A stretch of DNA of 64,000 nucleotides from a virus: the IMG/VR virus record IMGVR_UViG_3300043823_000198, positions 64,001-128,000 of that record; one strand, given 5' to 3'. Both the position numbers and the translations under genes were made by a program. How positions within the stretch are numbered: the first letter of the stretch is position 1; each line of letters opens with the position of its first letter. The notes under the pieces are model-generated. The model was not told the origin of the DNA. It searched no databases and was given only the letters and a program-made list of their open reading frames with translations. Below are positions 29,339 through 38,784 of this stretch, one piece after another.

Positions 29339-30813
29339 TGAAATTAAAAATTGAAAAACTTGATGAGGTCTTTGTTCGTGTCTTTTCAGAACCAGGTATT
29401 GAAAAAGAATTAGTAGACTTCTTTACTTATGAATATCCAGGTGCTAGATTTACACCTCAATTTAGAGCACGTCTATGGGATGGTAAGGTAAGATTATATG
29501 ATGCTCTAAGAAAAACACTTTATCTTGGTTTGGTTCCATACGTTGAACAATTCGCAATTAATAATGGATACGAACTCGAATATGTTAATCAGGTAAACAA
29601 TAAAAACAACATAACACCAGCTGTTATGACTAAGTTCGTTACTGCTCTAAACTTACCAGAAAAGATTGAAATCCGCGACTATCAAATTGAGGCAATGACA
29701 GTTGCCGTTGATGAAGAACGCACACTACTTTTATCGCCAACTGCCTCTGGTAAATCTTTTATTATCTATTCTATCATGCGCTGGCATCTTAACGCTGGAC
29801 GTAAATGCATTATTATTGTTCCAACTACATCGTTGGTTGAACAGTTATATGCTGACTTTAAAGACTACTCAGAAATAAACCAATGGTTAGTTGATGTCCA
29901 TTGTCAAAAACTTTACAGTGGTTTCAGTAAAGATTTTTCTAAAGACGTATTGATTACAACATGGCAGTCTGTCTATCTACAACCAAAGTCATGGTTTAGG
30001 CAGTTTAATGTAATGTTTGGAGATGAGGCTCATAACTTTAAGGCGAAATCCCTTACAACAGTTATGGAAAAGATGGATACTACTCGATATCGTATCGGAA
30101 CCACAGGTACGTTAGATAATAAGAAGGTTCATAAACTTGTTCTGGAAGGTGTGTTCGGTCCAGTCCATAGAGTTACAACTACCAAAAAATTAATGGATAG
30201 TGGAAAACTCGCTGACCTAAATATTATGTGCGTGGTACTGAAATACAATGATGAGATTCGTAAAGAACGAAAAAACAAAACGTACCAAGAAGAAATGGAT
30301 TGGCTTGTGTCTTGCGAACCAAGAAATAAGTTTATTCGAAACTTGGCAATAAAATCTAAAGGTAATACGCTGGTTCTTTTTCAATACGTTGAAAAGCATG
30401 GCAAAGTTCTTTATGATCTAATCAAAAATAAAGTACACGAAGATAGAAAAATATTTTTTGTGTATGGTGGAACTGAAACTTCTGATAGAGAAGCAATCCG
30501 TCATATAACTGAAGGCGAAAGCGATGCGATAATAATTGCATCATTTGGAACCTTTAGTACTGGTATTAATATACCATCAATCGAAAATGTAATTTTTGCT
30601 TCGCCTTCTAAATCCAAGATTAGGAATTTACAATCTATCGGTAGAGGTTTGCGTTTGAAAGATGGGAAAAGTAAGTGTAATTTGTATGATATCGCAGATG
30701 ATCTGCACTGGAAATCTTGGAAAAATCATACATTAAATCATGCAGCAGAGCGTTATAAAACTTACGCTGAAGAAGAGTTTAAAATTAAACTTGTTGAGGT
30801 AGAATTATGTTAA
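29338..30813 (+). CDS. uvsW: SF2 helicase UvsW
   Basis: WDGKVRL, RDYQ, SPTASGKS, DEAH, LQSIGRGLR; TAATG coupling gives start 29338. Confidence 0.96.
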   Translation: MKLKIEKLDEVFVRVFSEPGIEKELVDFFTYEYPGARFTPQFRARLWDGKVRLYDALRKTLYLGLVPYVEQFAINNGYELEYVNQVNNKNNITPAVMTKFVTALNLPEKIEIRDYQIEAMTVAVDEERTLLLSPTASGKSFIIYSIMRWHLNAGRKCIIIVPTTSLVEQLYADFKDYSEINQWLVDVHCQKLYSGFSKDFSKDVLITTWQSVYLQPKSWFRQFNVMFGDEAHNFKAKSLTTVMEKMDTTRYRIGTTGTLDNKKVHKLVLEGVFGPVHRVTTTKKLMDSGKLADLNIMCVVLKYNDEIRKERKNKTYQEEMDWLVSCEPRNKFIRNLAIKSKGNTLVLFQYVEKHGKVLYDLIKNKVHEDRKIFFVYGGTETSDREAIRHITEGESDAIIIASFGTFSTGINIPSIENVIFASPSKSKIRNLQSIGRGLRLKDGKSKCNLYDIADDLHWKSWKNHTLNHAAERYKTYAEEEFKIKLVEVELC

Positions 30814-31256
30814 CTGGTAACGAATATTATGTTGTAATTAAATTGAACACTGGTGAACAGATCATGGGAGTTCTTGAAACTGAAGATGAAAATATATTTC
30901 AGATTGTTGATCCAATGATTATTAGAACTATACCTGTTATAAGTGAAGGTAGAGAACACATTACAGCTCATCCGTACTGCCAATTCACAGACGATAATGT
31001 ATTTGATATAGATAAGAAGAATGTGATTTTTATTAAACCTCTTAAAGAGATTATGATTCCACATTATAAAAGAATCGTTATGCAACATGTTGCAGAAGGG
31101 GAAGTGCAACAAGAGAGAATTTCTCCTGAAGAAGCAAGAGAGCGCATCAAAATGCTCGTTGACGTTTTCGGACAAAAGCTAGAGGACGAATATGACGAAG
31201 ACCCTGTCCCTGACGAAATGGGATGGTTTGTAGAAGGAAACGATACTAAACACTAA
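30807..31256 (+). CDS. Hypothetical protein (Sm-like pattern) downstream of uvsW
   Basis: IKLNTGEQIMG motif; GAGG SD. Confidence 0.55.
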   Translation: MLTGNEYYVVIKLNTGEQIMGVLETEDENIFQIVDPMIIRTIPVISEGREHITAHPYCQFTDDNVFDIDKKNVIFIKPLKEIMIPHYKRIVMQHVAEGEVQQERISPEEARERIKMLVDVFGQKLEDEYDEDPVPDEMGWFVEGNDTKH

Positions 31257-31280
31257 TCTATCATCAAACCCAACATGGTT

Positions 31281-31309
31281 ATTATACAGGGTTTCAAAAA
31301 TTAAAGCAA
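31281..31309 (-). promoter_or_regulatory. Leftward sigma70-like promoter TTGCTT-N17-TATAAT
   Basis: Minus strand: -35 at 31309-31304, -10 at 31286-31281. Confidence 0.55.
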
Positions 31310-31344
31310 ATTTATTTTAATTGTATTATTGCAATAATTTAAAT

Positions 31345-31373
31345 TTGCTTTATTTATTTGGATGTAGTATACT
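31345..31373 (+). promoter_or_regulatory. Rightward sigma70-like promoter TTGCTT-N17-TATACT for gp55
   Basis: -35 31345-31350, -10 31368-31373. Confidence 0.65.
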
Positions 31374-31408
31374 TCTACTATGTTAAATTTTTAGGATATT
31401 AAAATGTT

Positions 31409-32023
31409 ATGGCTCACTATGTAAACAATGCTGACTTTCTCGCAGCACTTGTTGAGATGAAAGAAAAAATAAAACATGCTGAAGAAAATGGTTTACCTAA
31501 ACCAATTGTTAGCAATTATATTGGTGAGTGTATTTTAAAGATTGCAACACATCTTTCTTACAAACCAAATTTTATAAACTACTCATATCGCGATGATATG
31601 ATTCTAGATGGAATTGAAAATTGCATTCAATACATCGACAACTTTGATCCCACTAAATCTAAAAACCCTTTCGCTTATTTTACTCAAATAATATATTACG
31701 CATTCTTACGTAGAATTGCTAAAGAAAAGAAACAATCTTATATTAAGGGTAAATTAATTCAAAACATGCCTTTTGAAGCGTTTGAGTTGCAGGAACAAGA
31801 TGAGAGTGGAGAATTTCATAATGCCTATCTTGAGTTTATGCAACAAAATAATAATTTTGATGATTTTATTGACAGGAAAAAAGAAAAAGCTGGAAAGAAA
31901 AATCAAAATTCATTGAACGAATTTATTGAAGAGACTGATAATGGGAACATCAACACAATCGATACAACAATGGTTAGCGAACCTGACGGCATCGACTCGG
32001 GACTATCCTCCGATAAGGAGTAG
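31409..32023 (+). CDS. gp55: Late-transcription sigma factor gp55
   Basis: HYVNNADF, YIGECILKIA, NFDPTKSKNPFAYFTQIIYYAFLRRIAKEKKQ. Confidence 0.96.
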   Translation: MAHYVNNADFLAALVEMKEKIKHAEENGLPKPIVSNYIGECILKIATHLSYKPNFINYSYRDDMILDGIENCIQYIDNFDPTKSKNPFAYFTQIIYYAFLRRIAKEKKQSYIKGKLIQNMPFEAFELQEQDESGEFHNAYLEFMQQNNNFDDFIDRKKEKAGKKNQNSLNEFIEETDNGNINTIDTTMVSEPDGIDSGLSSDKE

Positions 32024-33122
32024 CGCTATTGCACGTAGACGTAGAAGCAGACGTCGCGCTGAAAGAACTCTAAGACATATTACGTGGGATGCGTGGGACA
32101 ACCTTTTACCTTTGAATAATATTATGAACGAAACTACTGATAATAAAATTTTCCTTGGCGTTTCTGATTTCGACGATTTAGTTGTATCAGAAATTTTAAA
32201 GCGTCGTGTTGATTCTGGTCAACGCACTGTTCATCGAGAAACCAATGTTCTTTGTAATAGAGAGCACTGGGCTGAGTGGTCTGAAGATGAATTCAAGAAC
32301 GACCTTCATGTTCAGGGTAATTCTTCTAATGGAATTATTATTGAGAGGGAAACAAACAATTATATTCGGTTTGATGTGAATAGTAACACAACGACTGTTC
32401 GTGCTTATGGTGATGCTGAATTTGCTGACGCAATAATTTCGTTGGTTGAATCAAAATTTTCTGTTGTTACTTCTCATATCGAATGGGTTTATAGTAGCGA
32501 CGGACAATCAGTTAATGTCCCATTAAATCGAGATCGCCTTCCAGTTGCTGAGATGTACCCTTTTCTTAAAGGCGAATCTCTTGAGTCTTACTATGATCGG
32601 TATATGGAGTCTTCAGCAAATATTCTTTTGTTGATTGGACCTCCAGGTACTGGTAAAACTACCTTCATCCGTGGTTTACTTGCCCATACAAACTCCTCGG
32701 CTATTGTTTCCTATGACTCAGGTATTTTAGACAAAGATGGATTCTTTGCTCGTTTTATTGAGAGCGATGATAATATCATGGTTCTTGAAGACTCTGATGC
32801 TTTTCTTAAATCTCGTAGTGATGGTAATACAATGATGCATCGATTCTTAAATGTTGGCGATGGGCTTGTCACAACTAAAGGTAAGAAAATGATTTTCTCT
32901 ACCAACCTTCCATCTATCCGTGATATTGATTCAGCATTGGTTCGCCCAGGACGTTGTTTCGATATCGTTACCTTCGCTGAACTCAACCATGATGAGGCTA
33001 ATGCGTTGTCTGATCGTCTAGGTGCTGGCAAAGTCGAGTCGGGTAAATCTAAGTATAGCATTGCAGAGATTTTCAACAAACAAACTAATAAGCCATCTGA
33101 GAGAAAGGTAGGTTTTATTTGA
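31941..33122 (+). CDS. AAA+ ATPase (BCS1-like pattern); start 31941 or 32124
   Basis: GPPGTGKT, VLEDSD, FLNVGDG, STN, DSALVRPGRCFD. Confidence 0.85.
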   Translation: MGTSTQSIQQWLANLTASTRDYPPIRSSAIARRRRSRRRAERTLRHITWDAWDNLLPLNNIMNETTDNKIFLGVSDFDDLVVSEILKRRVDSGQRTVHRETNVLCNREHWAEWSEDEFKNDLHVQGNSSNGIIIERETNNYIRFDVNSNTTTVRAYGDAEFADAIISLVESKFSVVTSHIEWVYSSDGQSVNVPLNRDRLPVAEMYPFLKGESLESYYDRYMESSANILLLIGPPGTGKTTFIRGLLAHTNSSAIVSYDSGILDKDGFFARFIESDDNIMVLEDSDAFLKSRSDGNTMMHRFLNVGDGLVTTKGKKMIFSTNLPSIRDIDSALVRPGRCFDIVTFAELNHDEANALSDRLGAGKVESGKSKYSIAEIFNKQTNKPSERKVGFI

Positions 33123-34177
33123 AAGTAGCAATTATTACAGACCAGCACTTCGGTGCTCGTAATGACAGTGTTGCGTTTCTTGATTTCTTTGAGGATTTTT
33201 ACACCAACGCTTTCTTTCCTGCGTTGGAAAAGAACAACATTGATACTGTTCTTATTCTTGGCGATACCTTCGACAGAAGAAAGTATGTAAACTTTTACAC
33301 ACTACGTAGAACAAAAGAGATGTTCTTTGATGAGTTGGCTAAAAGAAACATTGATGTTTATATGTTGGCTGGCAATCACGATACTTACTTTAAAAATACC
33401 AATGAAACAAACTCAATTCGTTTACTATTACAAGAGTATAAAAATATCACCATCATAGATAAACCATCACACATTTGGTTTGGTGAAGATAACTTTATTT
33501 GTATGATGCCTTGGATTTGTGCAGATAACTATGATGAATCTTTAGATTTTATTAAGAATAGTGAATCAGCGATTTGCATGGGGCATTTCGAGATTTCTGG
33601 TTTTGCAATGTATAGAGGTATGGAAGCGCATGAGGGACTTTCTAAAGAAACATTTAAAAAATTTGACATGGTTTTTTCAGGTCATTATCATCATCGTAGT
33701 AATGACGGACATATTTACTACCTTGGAAATCCATACGAACTTACATGGCAGGATTATAATGATCCCAGAGGATTCCACCTGTTCGACTTTAGTACAAGAC
33801 AACTCGAATTCATACAGAATCCTTATACAATGTATGAAAGAGTCGAGTACTCCGACAAAGAATCAGACCCTGTCGATTTAGATACTCTGAGTTTAAAAAA
33901 CAAATATGTTAAACTAATTGTAGTTGACAAAACTGATTACTATAAATTTGACAAATTTATTCAGAAGCTGTATAATAAAGGATGTCATGAGATTAAAATC
34001 GTTGAAGATCTTTCTGAATTTGAATCTGGAGAACTCAATGAGGAAATTAATCTAGAAGATACAGTTTCTGTCCTTGGGAATTATATCGAATCGATTGAAA
34101 CTGATGTTGATAAAGAACGAATTAAAACTTACATGCGAAGTTTATATACTGAGGCAATTAATATAGAGGTTGTATAA
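33119..34177 (+). CDS. gp47: Recombination endonuclease gp47 (Mre11-like)
   Basis: TDQHFG, LGDTFD, GNHD, SGHYH. Confidence 0.95.
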   Translation: MKVAIITDQHFGARNDSVAFLDFFEDFYTNAFFPALEKNNIDTVLILGDTFDRRKYVNFYTLRRTKEMFFDELAKRNIDVYMLAGNHDTYFKNTNETNSIRLLLQEYKNITIIDKPSHIWFGEDNFICMMPWICADNYDESLDFIKNSESAICMGHFEISGFAMYRGMEAHEGLSKETFKKFDMVFSGHYHHRSNDGHIYYLGNPYELTWQDYNDPRGFHLFDFSTRQLEFIQNPYTMYERVEYSDKESDPVDLDTLSLKNKYVKLIVVDKTDYYKFDKFIQKLYNKGCHEIKIVEDLSEFESGELNEEINLEDTVSVLGNYIESIETDVDKERIKTYMRSLYTEAINIEVV

Positions 34178-34515
34178 TGTATCAACAAGAGATTCAGTTC
34201 TTTTGGCCATTGACTGAGCAGATTAATCTTGACTTAGACTTTACCCCATGTGAAGAATATGAAAAGAAAAAACGTGAAGAGATGATTGCCAATAGCATTA
34301 CAAGCACTAATGGTATGTTGTTAACTGCTAATGGTGGTATTTCTACTTGGGCTATCTCTGACCCAAGTTATAAAACATTCCAAATTTTACCAGATGGCGC
34401 AGTTGGATCATGGCATGTAACACCAACCTTGACAGTTGGTCGTAAATCAAAACCCAATTTACTACATAGAATCTTTACTAAGATGATGCTTGGTTGGGAA
34501 TGGAAAGATAAATGA
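34177..34515 (+). CDS. Hypothetical protein between gp47 and gp46
   Basis: Coupled at both ends. Confidence 0.55.
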   Translation: MYQQEIQFFWPLTEQINLDLDFTPCEEYEKKKREEMIANSITSTNGMLLTANGGISTWAISDPSYKTFQILPDGAVGSWHVTPTLTVGRKSKPNLLHRIFTKMMLGWEWKDK

Positions 34516-36224
34516 TTAATTTTACAAGTGTGAGTTGGAAAAACTTTTTATCAACAGGTAATTCTCCAAATAAAGTTTTATTGAATAAATCTACAACTAC
34601 ATTGATTATAGGAAAGAATGGTGAAGGGAAAAGCACAATCCTAGATGCATTGTGCTTTTCATTGTTTGGAAAACCATTCCGTAATATTAACAAAGGTCAG
34701 CTGGTTAACTCTATCAATGGTAAAGGTTGTTTAGTTGAAATTGAATTTACAACTAATGGAAAAGACTATAAAATTATTCGTGGAATTAAACCAAACGTAT
34801 TTGAAATTTGGTGTGATAATGAACTATTAAATCAAGATGCTGCCAGTAGAGACTATCAAAAAGTTCTTGAACAACAAATCCTTCGTCTGAATTATAAGAC
34901 ATTTACTCAGGTTGTTATTCTAGGTTCAGCTTCCTTTGTTCCGTTTATGCAATTGTCATCGTCCCAAAGACGTGATGTTATTGAAGACATCCTTGACATT
35001 CGCATTTTCTCTACAATGAATCAGTTATTAAAAGAAAAGGCACAGGAGACTAAAGATGTCATCGCTAGAATTGAGAATGAAATATCCTCGGCTAAGAACA
35101 AGGTTGATGCTCAATCGACTCTCATCAAAACTATCTCGGACGCAAAGACCGAAACGATCAAAGCGCTCGATACAAAGATATCTAATAACGAACATCAAAT
35201 CGCTGAGATCAATGGCGAGATATCAGCCCTCATCGAGGAGATCGGCTTACTTAAAGTCAGCATCGGAACTAAGGACAAGGTTGTTGACGATATCGATAAA
35301 GCCAAATCTCTCATGTCAAAGTTACTTCAACGAATCGAAACTTGCGAGCACAACACAGAATTTTTTAGTGAGCATGATGTTTGCCCATCGTGCAGCCAAG
35401 ATATTGCAGAGGAATACAAAGAGTCGATCATCAAAGATCTCAATGAAAAATTGTTGGAACAAAATGGAAAAGTTGGTGAACTCGAAAAGATCTTATCCAA
35501 TCTTAATGAAAAACTATCTGACATTACTAAAATCCAATCGCAGATTACCGACAAAAACATTGAACTATCTACAAGAAACTCTACGATCACCTTACTCAAT
35601 AAACAAATTAAAGAGATGCGGGTTGAAATTGAAAGCGCAAAAAATGATACAACAAATATCGATGAAGAGAAATCTAAACTAAAACAACTGGCTCAAGACG
35701 CATTATCTAAAATTTCTCAGAAAAATGGATTGCTGGAAGAACGAAATATCGAAGAAGTTGCATCAATTCTATTGAAAGATACTGGTATTAAAACTGCTAT
35801 CATTCGGGAATACCTTCCAGTAATGAACAAGTTGATCAACAAGTATTTAAATGCAATGGATACTTACATCCACTTTGAATTGGACGAAGCATTCAACGAA
35901 GTTATCAAATCTCGATATCGCGATGAGTTTACGTATGCTAGTTTCTCTGAAGGTGAGAAAATGCGTATTGACTTGGCTATCCTTTTTACTTGGCGCCAGA
36001 TTGCTAAGATGAAGAACTCTGTTAACACAAACCTATTACTGCTTGATGAAATTTTTGACTCATCTTTGGATACAGCAGGAACAGATTACTTTTTAAACCT
36101 CATGGACCAGTTCGGCGAAAACTCAAACATCTTCGTGATTAGCCACAAAGGCGACCAGTTGTTTGATAAGTTTCGCTCGGTTATTAAGTTTGAGAAGCGC
36201 AATGACTTCTCTGTAATAATTTAA
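34512..36224 (+). CDS. gp46: Recombination ATPase gp46 (Rad50-like)
   Basis: GKNGEGKS, CPSC hook, FSEGEK, LLDEIFD, ISH. Confidence 0.96.
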   Translation: MINFTSVSWKNFLSTGNSPNKVLLNKSTTTLIIGKNGEGKSTILDALCFSLFGKPFRNINKGQLVNSINGKGCLVEIEFTTNGKDYKIIRGIKPNVFEIWCDNELLNQDAASRDYQKVLEQQILRLNYKTFTQVVILGSASFVPFMQLSSSQRRDVIEDILDIRIFSTMNQLLKEKAQETKDVIARIENEISSAKNKVDAQSTLIKTISDAKTETIKALDTKISNNEHQIAEINGEISALIEEIGLLKVSIGTKDKVVDDIDKAKSLMSKLLQRIETCEHNTEFFSEHDVCPSCSQDIAEEYKESIIKDLNEKLLEQNGKVGELEKILSNLNEKLSDITKIQSQITDKNIELSTRNSTITLLNKQIKEMRVEIESAKNDTTNIDEEKSKLKQLAQDALSKISQKNGLLEERNIEEVASILLKDTGIKTAIIREYLPVMNKLINKYLNAMDTYIHFELDEAFNEVIKSRYRDEFTYASFSEGEKMRIDLAILFTWRQIAKMKNSVNTNLLLLDEIFDSSLDTAGTDYFLNLMDQFGENSNIFVISHKGDQLFDKFRSVIKFEKRNDFSVII

Positions 36225-36239
36225 AACCAAAAGTTTCCG

Positions 36240-36331
36240 TAAGTTATTGATATTAAACCAAAAGTATTAACCCTACAACCTGTAGGGTTATTTCACATAG
36301 TGCTTGACATTTATCCAAATACGGGTATAAT
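36240..36331 (+). promoter_or_regulatory. Early promoter cassette 1: IHF-consensus site + TAACCCTA-N7-TAGGGTTA palindrome + TTGACA-N16-TATAAT
   Basis: IHF-like 36240-36252 (minus), palindrome 36268-36290, -35 36304-36309, -10 36326-36331. Confidence 0.8.
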
Positions 36332-36360
36332 TACTGTATAAATTGATAAAAAGGATCGTT

Positions 36361-36519
36361 ATGTGGGATGAGTTTAGTGACTTCGAGCTGGCTGAGCTGG
36401 CTGGTTCGTATGGGCTTGAAGACTTTTTGATTTTTGCCTGCGACCTAAGTTTGGCCAATCGTGAAGAAATTGAAACGCAACTGACAGCAGTTGAATATAA
36501 AATGGCATTTGGAGAGTAA
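36361..36519 (+). CDS. Small acidic early protein (52 aa, MWDEFSDFELAELAG...MAFGE), not in ORF track
   Basis: AAGGA SD, first ORF after promoter, ends 1 nt before next ATG. Confidence 0.65.
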   Translation: MWDEFSDFELAELAGSYGLEDFLIFACDLSLANREEIETQLTAVEYKMAFGE

Positions 36520-36520
36520 T

Positions 36521-38650
36521 ATGGAAATTAAAGCAACAGACCTATCAGCTAGATTGCTAGCAACAGAAAATTTATCTGTTGTTCGTGCTCGTGCTCGCAC
36601 TGCATCTTTTGACATTAAGTCCCGTGTTCTCACATTACCTTTGTGGAAAGACATGACTCCTGAGATCGAGGACATGTTAGTTGGTCATGAAGTTGGTCAT
36701 GCGTTATTTACTGATGGTGAATCATATTTTGAACCTATACGTAAAAACCCAAAATTGATGGGTTACTTCAATATTATTGAAGATGTTCGTATTGAAAAAT
36801 TGATAAAGCGTAAGTATCCTGGTCTGCGTAAACGTATGAACGAAGGTTACAAACAATTAAACGATCGAGATTTTTTTGGCGTAAAACAAGTCCAAGATTT
36901 AAACAGCATGATTTTGATCGACAAAATAAATCTATATTTCAAGGCTGGTTTTCAATGTGGTGTAACATTTACTCCTGAAGAAAAGAATTTTGTAAATCGT
37001 GCTGAGCGTATCGAAACAATTGATGAGGTAATTACTCTTGCCAATGAAATCTTTGCTTATACAAAAGAAAAGATTGAATCTGAAAAGAAAGAACAAAAGA
37101 ATTCTCTAACACAAGAAGAACTAGAAGATCTTGATGAAGAAAATCAAGAATTTGATGATATTGATTATGACGACTTTGAAGAAGATGAAAATGATGTTCC
37201 AAAAACAAATCCAGTTGATTCAAAAAAATCTTCTAGTAACGAAGCTACTGATGCAGAGATGGAATCTAAGACAGAAAGATCTTTTGCCAAACAACTAGAA
37301 GACCTCGCTGATGATACGACTGAATATGTTTATCATGAACTTGATACTGAATATTACAAAAGTCCAATAATTCCATATCATCAAATTCTTTCTGAAACAA
37401 ACGCGATCGCAGTTTCAGATGACATGATTGGCGATGTAGTAGAATATAAAAATAAACAAATCCAAGAATACGAAAAGTTTAAAACAGAAACTACACGTGC
37501 TGTAAACTATTTGGTAAAAGAGTTTGAGATGCGTAAATCAGCTCAACTTTACAAACGTGCGCAGACATCTAAATCTGGTTCTTTAGATATGAAACGTGTT
37601 TGGTCTTATAAAATCCAAGATGATTTATTCAAACGTGTTACTGTTCTTCCTGAAGGTAAAAACCATGGTATGATGTTTTTATTAGATTGGTCTGGTTCAA
37701 TGGATAATGTTATACACGATACATTAAAACAGGTTATTAATCTTGCAATGTTTTGTACAAGAATTAATATTCCATATCGTGTGTTTGCTTTTACTACACA
37801 GTATGACGGACATAATAGAAATTTTGATCCGCAAAAATATGACAAATTCTTAAAAAGAAAAGAGGCTTTACAACAGGGTAAAAATATTTTAGGGAACGCC
37901 ACTACATCATTTAATCTCTTAGAATTATTTTCCAATAAAATGTCAACAAGTGAATTTCACTCAATGGCAAAACGTGTTATTCAAAGAGATTTTCAATGGA
38001 ATCCTGGATATTCAATGGGAGGAACACCTTTAAATGAAGCGCTTGCATGGGTTTATTTGAACATTGGTGAGTATATTAAATCAAATTCCATTGAGAAAAT
38101 GACTTTCATTACTCTTACTGATGGTGAAGGTAGTTCTTTGTATTCTACTGGTAGTCTTGAAGAGCATTCTTATGCTTACGATGAATATCGCCGATACAAA
38201 ACTGTAAAAAGAAAACATTTTATTCGTGATGCTGTTACACAGAAAACTTATGGATTTTCTAGATATAATAGTGCTCAAACTGAAACACTGTTGCGCATGA
38301 TCAAAGATCGTCATAATATTAATGTTCTTGGTTTTTATATCTGCCGAAACACACGAAATGAATTGATTTCTGCAATCCGTTCAAATCTTGCTAATTTTTC
38401 TGGAAACGAAAATACTCAGGTAGATCTTTGGAGGAAAGATTTTAAACAACAGGGGTTTGCTTCTATTAAAAATACTGGTCGCGATGAGTTGTTTTTGATA
38501 CCAAAAGAATCAACTAAAATTGAAGAAGGCGATTTGAATGTATCATCAGATACCAGCGCAAAATCAATTGCATCAAAATTTGGTAAATTCCTCAATACAA
38601 AGAAGACTTCCCGAGTCCTCTTGAACCGATTTATCGGTTATGTTGCGTAA
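36521..38650 (+). CDS. CobT-like protein: N-terminal HExxH domain, acidic linker, vWA domain
   Basis: HEVGH, NIIEDVRIE, DWSGSM MIDAS, GGTPL, LTDGE. Confidence 0.85.
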   Translation: MEIKATDLSARLLATENLSVVRARARTASFDIKSRVLTLPLWKDMTPEIEDMLVGHEVGHALFTDGESYFEPIRKNPKLMGYFNIIEDVRIEKLIKRKYPGLRKRMNEGYKQLNDRDFFGVKQVQDLNSMILIDKINLYFKAGFQCGVTFTPEEKNFVNRAERIETIDEVITLANEIFAYTKEKIESEKKEQKNSLTQEELEDLDEENQEFDDIDYDDFEEDENDVPKTNPVDSKKSSSNEATDAEMESKTERSFAKQLEDLADDTTEYVYHELDTEYYKSPIIPYHQILSETNAIAVSDDMIGDVVEYKNKQIQEYEKFKTETTRAVNYLVKEFEMRKSAQLYKRAQTSKSGSLDMKRVWSYKIQDDLFKRVTVLPEGKNHGMMFLLDWSGSMDNVIHDTLKQVINLAMFCTRINIPYRVFAFTTQYDGHNRNFDPQKYDKFLKRKEALQQGKNILGNATTSFNLLELFSNKMSTSEFHSMAKRVIQRDFQWNPGYSMGGTPLNEALAWVYLNIGEYIKSNSIEKMTFITLTDGEGSSLYSTGSLEEHSYAYDEYRRYKTVKRKHFIRDAVTQKTYGFSRYNSAQTETLLRMIKDRHNINVLGFYICRNTRNELISAIRSNLANFSGNENTQVDLWRKDFKQQGFASIKNTGRDELFLIPKESTKIEEGDLNVSSDTSAKSIASKFGKFLNTKKTSRVLLNRFIGYVA

Positions 38651-38738
38651 GTTATTGATTTTTAAGGGTAAAAATAACCCTATTTCTTGTAGGGTTATTC
38701 TACAAAGTGCTTGACATTTACTCCAGTAGGAGTATAAT
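38648..38738 (+). promoter_or_regulatory. Early promoter cassette 2
   Basis: IHF-like 38648-38660 (minus), AATAACCCTA-N7-TAGGGTTATT 38673-38699, TTGACA 38711-38716, TATAAT 38733-38738. Confidence 0.8.
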
Positions 38739-38784
38739 TATTGTATAAATTGATTGAAAGTTGTATTATATTATGGAGAATTCT

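Noticed and set aside
30810-31175. Minus-strand 121-aa ORF as target of leftward promoter
   Set aside because: Fully antisense to a credible + gene, atypical composition, no recognisable motif
31343-31352. TTTGCTTTA as T4 MotA box
   Set aside because: 17-bp spacing to -10 fits an ordinary -35 element rather than the shorter MotA spacing; no motA seen
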